Source of the DNA: Candidatus Latescibacterota bacterium
GTDB lineage: Bacteria > Latescibacterota > UBA2968
Direction of reading: 5' to 3'
Assembly: GCA_965204745.1 (NCBI GenBank)
Contig: OZ242010.1
Location: 4,064,001-4,128,000, forward strand
Length of the DNA: 64,000 bases
Part shown: piece by piece, positions 1 through 9,336 of the stretch
Layout of the letters: every line of letters begins with the position of its first letter
Position numbering within the stretch: position 1 is the first letter of the stretch
Notes under the pieces: model-generated
What the model was told of the DNA's origin: nothing
Databases searched by the model: none
What the model saw: only the letters and a program-made list of their open reading frames with translations
Translations under genes and position numbers: made by a program

Positions 1-466
1 TGCAAGCATGTGCCCACGATAGGATTTCCACGCGCCAACCGCGTTTGTGCATGCGCTCTAAGGTGCTGTGAAAACCCGCGCCTTCCAAGTAGCCCGCGCC
101 ATCGCCGGTTAGCAACACCACAATGCCGGGGTCGCCGTTGTAATCCAGCGCGTCTTCCAACATTCGCAACTGCAACACGCGGTCGGGCATTTCCTGTTCG
201 CCGCGGTCTGGGCCACCTCGGTCAAACAACTGAACTTCCACGCCTCGGCTTTCCATCCGATTCCACAACTGGCGCATTTCAGGCGGCACAGAACCGGCGG
301 CGAGTGCCTTTGCCAGTGGCCGGTCCGCACGCGCCAAGCGCAATAGGTTGTCGAAGTTCATCCGCACGCGATAACGGGCATCAGTGCCTCCATTGCGTTC
401 TTCAGCGAGACGTTGCGCCTCGTGAAAAATGTTGGAATTATCCCAGTAGATGAAAACGCGGTCCAT
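1..466 (-). CDS. NYN (LabA/DUF88, PIN-like) domain protein, truncated by window edge
   Basis: Not in ORF track; manual translation from ATG 466: MDRVFIYWDNSNIF...EQEMPDRVLQ...IVVLLTGDGAGY...FHSTLERMHKRGWRVEILSWAHAC, matching the NYN motifs (DxxN, TGDGxF, GxxVE). Confidence 0.8.
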   Translation of the reverse strand, partial: MDRVFIYWDNSNIFHEAQRLAEERNGGTDARYRVRMNFDNLLRLARADRPLAKALAAGSVPPEMRQLWNRMESRGVEVQLFDRGGPDRGEQEMPDRVLQLRMLEDALDYNGDPGIVVLLTGDGAGYLEGAGFHSTLERMHKRGWRVEILSWAHAC

Positions 467-493
467 ATCGCATACCGTCCATTTATGCTTTCA

Positions 494-1477
494 ATGCGAA
501 TTAAGAGTTGAATCCATCGCGTACTTGTCTTTTCTTGAGGGCTCAGTCATTTCACCCTTAAAGGAAGGAGCACGCGATGGATTGGCAAGATAAACTCATT
601 CACTTGTATGTCTATATTTGTCAGCAGTATGACCAAAAGCATCTGTGGTTTTATACGGAACGCATGAGTAATAACGACACGCCGACCTTCACAGATGAAG
701 AAGTGCTGACGATCTATTTGTTTGGGATCATGCAACAACACACGCAGATCAAGGCGATTTATACCTATACCAAGGATCATTTGTTCGACTGGTTTCCCCA
801 TCTGCCCACTTATGCAGGCTATATCCAGCGGTTGAACCGCTTGTGTGTGGTCTTCGCCCCATTGATTGAACAGATCCAAAAGGACAGTCCCGCAACCGAT
901 GTCTCTGAACACACCTACTTGGTGGATTCCATGCCGATTGTCATGGCACAATCGGCACGTAGCGGTCAGGCATGTGTGGCTGAAGAACAACTGGCCAACA
1001 AAGGCCGCTGCGCTTCCAAAAAGATGTGGTATTACGGCACTAAACTGCACATTGTCGCACAAGACCGAGCGAATGGCCTGCCCAAAGCAGAGTACATCGG
1101 CTTGACAGGCGCAGCAGAGCATGACCTGACCGCTTTGCGACAAGTCTTACCCGTTTTGCGGGATGGACACCTCTACGGCGATAAAATCTACGCCGATCAG
1201 CCCTTAAAAGACACGCTTAGCAAACAGCAGAACCTGATCTTCGAGACGCCGGTGAAGCGAAAAAAGGGGCAAGAAAGCCTGACCGAGGCCGAAAAAGACT
1301 TTTCTCGGGCGGTTTCGAGCATGCGACAGCCTATAGAGGCCTTGTTCAGTTGGATTGAACGAAAGACGAACATCTCGATGGCGTCTCGGGTACGATCCTA
1401 TGAGGGCTTACTCGTTCATGTCTTTGGGCGATTGACCGCGGCTTGCTTCTTACTCGCTTTCTACTCTTAATTCGCAT
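494..1477 (+). mobile_element. IS982-family insertion sequence, complete
   Basis: Perfect terminal IRs ATGCGAATTAAGAGT (494-508 / 1463-1477); 5-bp target duplication TTTCA (489-493, 1478-1482); single DDE transposase. Confidence 0.85.
577..1470 (+). CDS. IS982-family DDE transposase
   Basis: 297 aa; FTDEEVLTI, VDSMPI, YYGTKLH, GDKIY, RQPIEALFS motifs; RBS AAGGAG. Confidence 0.85.
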   Translation: MDWQDKLIHLYVYICQQYDQKHLWFYTERMSNNDTPTFTDEEVLTIYLFGIMQQHTQIKAIYTYTKDHLFDWFPHLPTYAGYIQRLNRLCVVFAPLIEQIQKDSPATDVSEHTYLVDSMPIVMAQSARSGQACVAEEQLANKGRCASKKMWYYGTKLHIVAQDRANGLPKAEYIGLTGAAEHDLTALRQVLPVLRDGHLYGDKIYADQPLKDTLSKQQNLIFETPVKRKKGQESLTEAEKDFSRAVSSMRQPIEALFSWIERKTNISMASRVRSYEGLLVHVFGRLTAACFLLAFYS

Positions 1478-3043
1478 TTTCAGATGAAATATCGTTTCGG
1501 AATACGCCGAACCCCTGTTTTTCTCCGTGCGATTTAGGACGGGGCGTTTGTGCTGGTTGACGATTTGCATCCCCGCTTTTTCCGCGATGGTCGGGTACAT
1601 GTCGAACTTGTCATTTGCCACGAGAAACACATCGTAATTTTCTGCCAAAAACCGCTTGCAATTCTTTAAGACCTCCGACACGCCTCGAATGTACGATGCT
1701 CTGGCCTCTTTCCCCTTTCCCTTGAACAGAGGGCCGATCTCCCATTCATCTCGTCTGTCAAAATCGAACAAGTCGTAGGCATAGGCGTGTTGTTCGTGGT
1801 AGTTGATCAAACCGACATAAGGCGGACTTGAAAAGATGCCCTTAACCCGTTGTCTTTCTGCGCGTTCCGCGAGGCGCGGGTCGGCCTGTCTGATGGCCGC
1901 AAAAATGTCGATGGTGCGAGAATCCCCGGTCAAGCAGTGCTGAAACGTGTCCGTTTTTACCCGTCTAAACGCATCCCATCGCTGTACGCTATCCTCGCAG
2001 TATCGCTCCCACCAACCCAAAATGGAAAACAGCGGTTTGCAGATTTTCCCGTGTTTTCGGCAATAATAGGTCGTCGTCATCGGTTTTTTTAAGGTGCCCA
2101 AATCCGCATGGGTTGTGGCCCGGCACGAGCGGATGGTGCGGCTCAAAATCAGCATCAGCGCCTTTTGGATCGCCTCATCTGCGACTTGCCGAATCATGGT
2201 GTGGACAAAAACGATCTCCGCCCGAACGCACGGCAGATACCAATGTCGCATGAAGCAGGACGAGTCCGCAGACATCCGCAAATCGATTCGGTGCTCCGCA
2301 ACGAGTTGGCGATACGTTTTCAGAAAGGCGGCTTCCTTCTCACTACCGTAGCTCTTCTGATCGATCTGCTCGGTTTTGACCCTGTGTTTGAAAGCGACAG
2401 AAAAATACGCTACGTTGAAGGCCGCGAGTTGTTCCGCGAGTTTGGATTCAAAGGTCGTGATGCCTGAGCGGGATACAAAATTTTTTAGGGCGGTTGTAAT
2501 CTTCCAGCTTTCGGCGTATAACGCGCCCAAATTGTAATCCGCGACTTTGGCATTGCCGATCAAAGCGTTGAAAGCCGAAATATCAATGCCAATCGCGTGT
2601 ATGCCCAACTCGTTGGCTTGAACCAGTGTGGTCCCACTCCCACAAAAGGGGTCGAGAACGATATCCCGCGGCTCAAAATAGGTGTCCCGCTTAAAGTCAT
2701 CCGTGTGATCGTCCAAGAAGTATTCGACCAGTTGGGGGATGAATTTGCCTTTGTACGGGTGCAACCGGTGTACGTGCTTTGTGGTTTCCGCTTCTTTGAC
2801 CTCTTCAAAGGAAAGATGCCAATTCAAGTCGCTACCGAGTTGTTCTTTCCACCGGGCCTCTCTGCGCTTTTGGTGCGCGGCATAGTACGCGATCAAACTG
2901 TCTTTGGGAATGAACTTGACGCCGTTATTGACGACGCATTTGATCCGCGCGTACTGAATCAAATACGAAATATTGGAAGGCGTCACGTTTTTATTTGCGT
3001 ATTCCGACGCCCATTCGCTCGCCTGTTTCAGCGTCAAGAGCAT
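1346..3043 (-). CDS. Site-specific DNA methyltransferase (N4-cytosine type, alpha motif order); 3' end fused to IS982
   Basis: Motif I VLDPFCGSGTT precedes motif IV SSPPY; HPYKGKFIPQLVEY; probable start MLLTLKQ at 3043; native end FHLKA* is restored by removing the IS. Confidence 0.8.
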   Translation of the reverse strand: MLLTLKQASEWASEYANKNVTPSNISYLIQYARIKCVVNNGVKFIPKDSLIAYYAAHQKRREARWKEQLGSDLNWHLSFEEVKEAETTKHVHRLHPYKGKFIPQLVEYFLDDHTDDFKRDTYFEPRDIVLDPFCGSGTTLVQANELGIHAIGIDISAFNALIGNAKVADYNLGALYAESWKITTALKNFVSRSGITTFESKLAEQLAAFNVAYFSVAFKHRVKTEQIDQKSYGSEKEAAFLKTYRQLVAEHRIDLRMSADSSCFMRHWYLPCVRAEIVFVHTMIRQVADEAIQKALMLILSRTIRSCRATTHADLGTLKKPMTTTYYCRKHGKICKPLFSILGWWERYCEDSVQRWDAFRRVKTDTFQHCLTGDSRTIDIFAAIRQADPRLAERAERQRVKGIFSSPPYVGLINYHEQHAYAYDLFDFDRRDEWEIGPLFKGKGKEARASYIRGVSEVLKNCKRFLAENYDVFLVANDKFDMYPTIAEKAGMQIVNQHKRPVLNRTEKNRGSAYSETIFHLKMRIKSRKRVRSKPRSIAQRHERVSPHRIVPETPSRCSSFVQSN

Positions 3044-3088
3044 TGTTTTCCCTTTCGAGATGAAACACGGATGCCGCGAATGCCACAC

Positions 3089-3508
3089 TCAAAACATCCC
3101 CAACTCGAGTTTGGCCGCCTCCGACATGCGCTCTGGCGTCCAAGGGGGGTCAAAGACGAGATCGAGTTTGACATCGTACACCCCTTTGACTGATCTGGCC
3201 GCGGATTCGACTTGCCCGGGCAAAATGCCCGCGGCCGGGCAGTTGGGCGCGGTCAGGGTCATGAGAACGGCTGTATTGCCGTCTTCTTCCACTTTGATGT
3301 CGTAGATGAGGCCGAGTTCGTAAATATCCACCGGGATTTCTGGATCGTACACGGTTTTGAGGGCCTTCACGATGTCTTCCTTAACCGCATCCGTGTCGAT
3401 AGGGCCTTGGGGCGTGGGCTTTGGCGGGGCTTCGATATTGTGAATTTCCCCTGCGGGCGTTTCGGAGGCATCGTCTTTGCGAAAAATGTTCAGAAAACTC
3501 ATGGGCAT
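3089..3508 (-). CDS. sufT: SUF system Fe-S assembly protein SufT (DUF59)
   Basis: VYDPEIPVDIYELGLIY, MTLTAPNCPAA, PPWTPERMSEAAKLELG; suf context. Confidence 0.85.
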   Translation of the reverse strand: MPMSFLNIFRKDDASETPAGEIHNIEAPPKPTPQGPIDTDAVKEDIVKALKTVYDPEIPVDIYELGLIYDIKVEEDGNTAVLMTLTAPNCPAAGILPGQVESAARSVKGVYDVKLDLVFDPPWTPERMSEAAKLELGMF

Positions 3509-3948
3509 CTCTCTGTGGTTACGGGTGTGTGGGCATTTTCAATGGCGGCGCGGAGCGCGTGCCACGATAGGGTCGCGCACTTGACGCGGGTGGGATAGGC
3601 GCGCAAACTCGCAAAAACCGATAATTTGCCGAGGTCTGGCGCGCTGGTCGGATCCGTGAGCATCGCCTGAAAGCCCTTGAAATAGGCTGCGGATTCGCCG
3701 AGGGTTTTGCCTTGAACGGCTTCGGTCATCAACGAAGCAGACGCTTTGGAAATCGCGCATCCGGACCCCTGAAAGCCAATCGCTGCAATGCGGTCATCCT
3801 CAAGTTGGAGATAGATCTGCACCCTATCGCCGCACAGGGGGTTGTGGCCCTCGGCATAGCGATCCGCGGGATCGAGGGCGCGAAAATTTCTGGGATTTTT
3901 GTTGTGATCCAGAATGAGTTGCTGGTAGAGTTCGCGCAAATCGGCCAT
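3499..3948 (-). CDS. sufU: SUF system NifU-family protein SufU
   Basis: LYQQLILDH, NPLCGD, GCAISKASAS, RVKCATL. Confidence 0.92.
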   Translation of the reverse strand: MADLRELYQQLILDHNKNPRNFRALDPADRYAEGHNPLCGDRVQIYLQLEDDRIAAIGFQGSGCAISKASASLMTEAVQGKTLGESAAYFKGFQAMLTDPTSAPDLGKLSVFASLRAYPTRVKCATLSWHALRAAIENAHTPVTTERCP

Positions 3949-5228
3949 CAGCCAAACACCTCTCGCACTTTGTAAAGCCCGGCCACGAGCGCGTCAATGT
4001 CTTCGCGCGTGTTGTAAAACGCCAGCGAAGCGCGCGTGGTCGCGGGGATGTCGTAGTGCTTCATAATGGGTTGGGCGCAGTGGTGCCCGGCGCGCACGGC
4101 AACGCCGGCAAGATCGAGAATCGTGCCCACGTCGTGGGGGTGAATGTCGGACAGGACAAACGAGAGCACGCCCACCTTGCGTTCTGCGGCGCCGATCAGT
4201 TTGAGGCCCGGCACTTCGCGCAGGGCCGCGTGGGCGTACTCCAAGAGCTGGGTTTCGTATCGCGCCGCGCCGTCAAAGTCGATGCTGTTGAGGTAGTCGA
4301 TAGCCGCGCCCAAGCCAATGCTACCCGCGATATTGGGCGTGCCGGCTTCAAACTTGTTGGGCAAGTCCGCGTACGTGATCTCGTCAAAATCCACCTGCTG
4401 GATCATGCTGCCCCCGCCGTGGTAGGGCGGCATGGCGTCGAGGAGCGTTTCCCTGCCGTAGAGCACGCCAATGCCGGTGGGGGCGAACATTTTGTGCCCG
4501 GAAAACGTGTAGAAATCGCAGCCGATGGCCTGCACATCCACGCGCTGATGGGGCACGGCTTGCGCCCCGTCGATGTGTACGGGCACGCCATGTTCATGCG
4601 CGATGCGCGCGATTTCTGTCGCGGGATTGACCGTGCCGAGCACGTTGGAAATGTGGACGAAGGACACGAGTTTTGTGCGCGGCGAGAACAGGGTTTGATA
4701 CGCATCCAAACGGAGTTCGCCCCGGTCGTTCATGGGAATGACGCGCAATGTCGCGCCCTTTTCCCGGCAGAGCATCCACCACGGCACGATGTTGGAATGG
4801 TGCTCCATCTCGCTGACGATGATTTCATCGCCCGCGCCAATTTGCACGCGCCCAAAGGTTTGCGCGATGAGATTGATGCCCTCGGTGGTGCCACGCACAA
4901 AAACGATCTCCCGATCTGAGGCCGCGTTGATGAAGGTTGCGACTTTTCTCCTTGCGGCTTCGTACGCGTCGGTCGCAACCTGCGAGAGGTGGTGGACGCC
5001 GCGATGCACATTGGCATTTTGCGTTGCGTAATACTGCGAGAGCGCGTCGATGACCGCACGGGGTTTTTGCGCGGTGGCGCCGTTGTCCAAGTACACGAGC
5101 GGCCGGCCCTGCACGCGTTCGCCCAAAATGGGAAAATCTGCGCGAATGCGGCGCACGTCAAAGGGAAGGGGCGTGCGTGCGACAGGCTCGGGCGGTTGCA
5201 GGGTGAGGATGTCGAAGGGCGCGTTCAT
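3948..5228 (-). CDS. sufS: Cysteine desulfurase SufS
   Basis: YLDNGATAQKP, SGHKM (PLP lysine), RAGHHCAQP. Confidence 0.95.
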   Translation of the reverse strand: MNAPFDILTLQPPEPVARTPLPFDVRRIRADFPILGERVQGRPLVYLDNGATAQKPRAVIDALSQYYATQNANVHRGVHHLSQVATDAYEAARRKVATFINAASDREIVFVRGTTEGINLIAQTFGRVQIGAGDEIIVSEMEHHSNIVPWWMLCREKGATLRVIPMNDRGELRLDAYQTLFSPRTKLVSFVHISNVLGTVNPATEIARIAHEHGVPVHIDGAQAVPHQRVDVQAIGCDFYTFSGHKMFAPTGIGVLYGRETLLDAMPPYHGGGSMIQQVDFDEITYADLPNKFEAGTPNIAGSIGLGAAIDYLNSIDFDGAARYETQLLEYAHAALREVPGLKLIGAAERKVGVLSFVLSDIHPHDVGTILDLAGVAVRAGHHCAQPIMKHYDIPATTRASLAFYNTREDIDALVAGLYKVREVFG

Positions 5229-6520
5229 GCCATGTCCTCTGCGTAGATGTGGGCGAGGCGCGCGTCGATCAACGCGTTTAGATGGGCGCGCACGGGCTCG
5301 AGGGCCACGCGCCCGACGACCTCATCGGCAAATGCGCGCAATAAAATGCGCCGCGCCTCGGCTTTGGGGATGCCCCGCGCTTGGAGGTAAAAGAGGGCGT
5401 TTTCGTCGAGTTGCCCGATCGTCGCGCCGTGCGAACACTTGACCTCGTCCGCGTAGATTTCGAGTTGCGGTTTGGCATTGACCCGCGCATTGTCCGAGAG
5501 CAAGATATTTTCGTTTTGTTGGTAAGCGTCCGTGTGTTGCGCCTTTTGGTGGACGTGGATTTTCCCCCGAAAAATGGCGCGCGCGGACCCGCCCAAAATC
5601 CCCTTGTACAACTCGTGGCTGGGGCAATGGGGCGCGGCGTGTTCGAGCAGGGTGTAATTATCGACGTGTTGCGACCCGTTGAGCACGTAACAACCGTTGA
5701 CCGTGGCCTCGCCGCCTTCGCCGCGCAAGTACGCGCTGATGTCGTGGCGCACAAATGCCCCGCCCAAGGTAAAATCGTGTAAGGTCAACCGACTGTTGCG
5801 CCCGAGTTCGGCCTGATAATTGGCGATGTGCAATGCGTCTTCGCCTTGCGAGCCGAGGCGGATGTGATCCACTATGGCATTGTCGCGGGCGATGATTTCC
5901 GTCACCGCATTGGCAAAATAGACGCCGGCATCGATTCCGGCATGCGTTTCGACGAGTGAGAGTTGGCTGTTCTCTTCCGCGATGATCAAGGCGCGCGGAT
6001 GCGACAGGGTGGGCACTCCTGAAGCCGTTGTGAGAAAGAGGAGGTGGATGGGTGTTTCAACCGCGACATTGCGGGCGATGTGGATAAACGCGCCGTCGCG
6101 CATGAAGGCCGTGTTGAGGGCGGTAAATGGCAGAGCCGCGCTTTGTGCGAGCGTGCCCAACCGCGCATTGACGAGCGCGTGGTCATAGACATCGGGCAGA
6201 TTGGCGACAGTCACGCCCTCGGGCAACGCGGATGCAACCCCCGGCGCGTAGTGCCCGTTGACAAAGACGACTCGGATGCCCGGCATGTCCGGATAGATGA
6301 ACGGGGCCATGTCCGCATCGGACACGGAAACGGGAGCACCCGGCTGAAAATCGTGCGCGGTGATCGCGGCCAGGTTCACGCTTTTCCACGCTTCGTCCGC
6401 GGTGGTGGGATAGCCCAACCGCGCAAAATCGACCATTGCCCGCTCGCGCAAGGCCCGAGGGGATCGCCCGTTGCGCGCGGTTTCAAATTTCCGAATCCAA
6501 GATGTGTGATCAGTTGCCAT
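5225..6520 (-). CDS. sufD: Fe-S cluster assembly protein SufD
   Basis: KPQLEIYADEVKCSHGATIG, FYLQARGI; probable start MATDHT at 6520 after AAGGA. Confidence 0.92.
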   Translation of the reverse strand: MATDHTSWIRKFETARNGRSPRALRERAMVDFARLGYPTTADEAWKSVNLAAITAHDFQPGAPVSVSDADMAPFIYPDMPGIRVVFVNGHYAPGVASALPEGVTVANLPDVYDHALVNARLGTLAQSAALPFTALNTAFMRDGAFIHIARNVAVETPIHLLFLTTASGVPTLSHPRALIIAEENSQLSLVETHAGIDAGVYFANAVTEIIARDNAIVDHIRLGSQGEDALHIANYQAELGRNSRLTLHDFTLGGAFVRHDISAYLRGEGGEATVNGCYVLNGSQHVDNYTLLEHAAPHCPSHELYKGILGGSARAIFRGKIHVHQKAQHTDAYQQNENILLSDNARVNAKPQLEIYADEVKCSHGATIGQLDENALFYLQARGIPKAEARRILLRAFADEVVGRVALEPVRAHLNALIDARLAHIYAEDMA

Positions 6521-6555
6521 GGGTCGCATTTCCTTAAAGAAGCTATCGGATGTGA

Positions 6556-6581
6556 GGACAGGCACAGGGGCCTGTCCCTAC
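6556..6581 (-). repeat. GTAG-type REP-like palindrome
   Basis: Stem GGACAGGC/GCCTGTCC followed by CTAC; a related GTAGGGGCGATGCCCCC element lies near 50940-50957. Confidence 0.5.
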
Positions 6582-7056
6582 GGGGTTGGACGGACTGCCG
6601 ACCACTTAGGGGCGGCTTTGGGGTCGCCTTCTCCCTTCTTATACCAAATTGAATTGCTGTTGTCCTAATGCGATGCGATATGCTATCAGCCAGTGCTCCT
6701 CTTGACACTCCGCAGTCATTCAGAGAAGCCATTGCAAAAATGCCCTCGCAAAAGCCCATCCGCTAAAGCCATCACGCACAGCGCGCAAGTCCATTGGCAA
6801 CCCACATTTATGTTGCAACCCACCTTGCAGGCTGGCGCATATCGTACTGCTACAAAAGCGATTTGCGCTGTGCAAGCCCCTCGGCGTTTGAGAGCGGCAT
6901 TTTTTGCTTACTTTTTTTTGCTGTTGAAAAAAAGTAAGTCGCCGAAGGCATCGAAGGCAACAAACAATGCTTTAGGGCCAAACGCTTGAGGCAAGATCTG
7001 AGCGGTTTTGGGGTCGCCTTCTCACCTCTCCCTTCTTACGTCTCACGCCTTCCTTC

Positions 7057-7857
7057 TCACCTCTCCCATCTCATCTCTCCCGCCTTTCGTCTTGCCTCTC
7101 CCGCCTCTTTGATCCAGTCATATCCCTTTTCTTCCAATTCCAAGGCCAGGGTTTTGTCGCCGGATTGCACAATGCGCCCGTCGAGCATCACATGCACCAC
7201 GTCGGGCACGATGTCGTTGAGCAACCGCTGGTAGTGCGTCACCACAATGGTCGCTTTGTCCGCGCCGTGCAGGGTGTTGACCCCGTTGGCAACCACGCGC
7301 AGTGCGTCGATGTCGAGGCCGGAGTCGGTCTCGTCGAGAATGGCGAGCCGGGGTTCCAAGACCGCCAGTTGCAAAATTTCATGGCGTTTTTTTTCCCCGC
7401 CGGAAAAGCCTTCGTTGACCGGGCGATTGAGAAATTTTTCGTCCATCTCGACCAGTTTGAGTTTGTCCCGAATCAGGGCGAGAAAGTCAAACGCATCGAT
7501 CTCGTCTTCTGCTCTCGCTTTGCGAATGGCGTTGAGGGCCGTCCGCAGAAAGTACGCGCTGTTCACGCCGGGGATTTCCACCGGATATTGAAACGCGAGA
7601 AACACGCCCTGCGCCGCGCGTTCATCCGGGGCCATGTCGAGCAGGTCTTCGCCCTGATAGATGACGTCGCCCGCCGTGACGCAATACGCTTCGTGACCCG
7701 CGAGCACCTGCGCCAACGTGCTCTTGCCCGATCCGTTGGGCCCCATAATGGCGTGGGTTTCGCCCGCATTGACCGCGAGATCGATGCCGTGCAAAATCTC
7801 TGCCCCCTCCACACCTGCATGCAAATTCCGAATTTCCAACATGTATTCATTCCCCAT
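7057..7857 (-). CDS. sufC: Fe-S cluster assembly ATPase SufC
   Basis: GPNGSGKST, FSGGEKKR, LDETDSGLDID, VTHYQRLL. Confidence 0.95.
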   Translation of the reverse strand: MGNEYMLEIRNLHAGVEGAEILHGIDLAVNAGETHAIMGPNGSGKSTLAQVLAGHEAYCVTAGDVIYQGEDLLDMAPDERAAQGVFLAFQYPVEIPGVNSAYFLRTALNAIRKARAEDEIDAFDFLALIRDKLKLVEMDEKFLNRPVNEGFSGGEKKRHEILQLAVLEPRLAILDETDSGLDIDALRVVANGVNTLHGADKATIVVTHYQRLLNDIVPDVVHVMLDGRIVQSGDKTLALELEEKGYDWIKEAGEARRKAGEMRWER

Positions 7858-7868
7858 TGTTTTGCGAT

Positions 7869-8486
7869 TTAAGTGACGACCACATGAATGGCCTCGCAAA
7901 CATCTTGAATAAAATCTACGGCGTCCGTCGACTCAGAAGGCGAAATGGGCCAACGGCTTTCGGTTCCGGGATAGTCCGGATCCAAGTCGGCTTCATGGGC
8001 GATTTTATTCCGGCGATCAACGATAAGGCGAAGCCGATTTTTCACATCTGGCACTGTCAATCCCAGGTGCGAAGCAACGGAGGGCCATAACTCGCTCGAG
8101 GAGAAAAGCCGAACCGCATCGGCTATCTTGTCTGGGTGCTGAAAAGCCAAATGTCCGTGGCTCTCGCGGATTGCCGTCTCAAGCCAAGCGTTCCCACTCG
8201 ATCCGGCAATCCCTGTCATGGCGGCATCTATCGTCACTTGAAAGCGCGAGAAAGCATTGGTCGGAGGGCGTTTTCCATCGTACACCTCTAACATCCCAAT
8301 CCGGGTGATCGAATGGATGTAATGGTCGAGCGCGCTCACGACCATCACGATTTGTGTGCGTAAAAGATCGGTCACATCTACGATAGGCGTCGTCAATTGC
8401 CCCAATGCCTCATACAACCCGCCGATGGCACGCACCCGTTCCATATTCGCACGAAATTGTTGAATGGCACTAGGTCGTGTTGACAT
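7869..8486 (-). CDS. HEPN-domain protein (MAE_18760/RiboL-PSP-like), putative RNase
   Basis: RRNKIAH RxxxxH motif; N-terminal helix VVSALDHYIH; directly downstream of a ParA-like gene. Confidence 0.7.
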   Translation of the reverse strand: MSTRPSAIQQFRANMERVRAIGGLYEALGQLTTPIVDVTDLLRTQIVMVVSALDHYIHSITRIGMLEVYDGKRPPTNAFSRFQVTIDAAMTGIAGSSGNAWLETAIRESHGHLAFQHPDKIADAVRLFSSSELWPSVASHLGLTVPDVKNRLRLIVDRRNKIAHEADLDPDYPGTESRWPISPSESTDAVDFIQDVCEAIHVVVT

Positions 8487-9333
8487 TTTATTTTTTTAGC
8501 GTTATGGACTGATTAGGTTCTGTTGACATTTGGGATATTTTGAGTTACTCTGTGTGTATGTCAAACCTTATTCTTTCTGCGAACCAGTGGCCTAAAATTC
8601 TCGCATTCATCCGCGAATGCCCTCGCGTCTATGTCGGCGAGGAAGCCGGTTGCAAACGCTTCATTGAAGCGGTTCTGTGGGTGATGCGCTCGGGTGGTCA
8701 GTGGCGTCAGTTGCCCGCACAGTACGGGAAGTGGAACACAGTCTATAAACGCTTTGCTCGCTGGTGCCGGTATGGCGTGTGGGAACGCATGCACCAGCAT
8801 TTTACGTCTGATCCAGACTTGGCATGTCTGATCATTGACAGCACTGTCGTGCGTGCTCATGCCTGTGCAGCGGGTGCCTCAAAAAAAAAGGGGGGCAAGC
8901 CGCGCAAGCCCTCGGCAAGAGCCGAGGCGGGTTCAGCACCAAAATCCATCTCTGCACAGATGCGCGTGGCCTCCCGCTCCGGTTTCGACTCACACCGGGA
9001 CAAACCCACGATATCACGCAAGCCGAAGCGTTAATCGCTGGGTATGAGAGCCGATCTGTCATCGCGGATAAGGGCTATGATTCACAAGCGTTTCTGGACG
9101 TCCTTTCTCACCATGGACAGGTTGCCGTGATTCCGCCCCGGTCTTATCGCAAGACCCCGCGTGATTATGATCGCCATCGGTATAAGCAACGCAATTTGAT
9201 TGAGCGGTTGATTGGAAAAATGAAGCAGTATCGCAGGATATTTGCTCGCTTTGAGAAACTCAGCACGAGTTATCGAGGCTTTCTCGCTTTTGCGGCCACG
9301 CTCATCGCTCTAAAACAAAATGTCAACAGAACC
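8473..9333 (+). mobile_element. IS5-family (IS427-like) element with an extra outer left end
   Basis: IRs GGTTCTGTTGACATTT (8516-8531 / 9318-9333) plus outer GGTCGTGTTGACATTT (8473-8488); TA flanks at 8471-8472 and 9334-9335. Confidence 0.85.
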
Positions 9334-9336
9334 TAA
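8558..9336 (+). CDS. IS5-family transposase, two ORFs probably joined by programmed frameshift
   Basis: orfA WRQLPAQYGKWNTVYKRFARW, IDSTVVRAH; slippery A9G6 run at 8881-8895; orfB ADKGYD, RNLIERLIGKMKQYRRIFARFEKL. Confidence 0.85.

Noticed and set aside
10-453. 147-aa plus-strand ORF
   Set aside because: Antisense to the NYN-domain gene, which has clear family motifs
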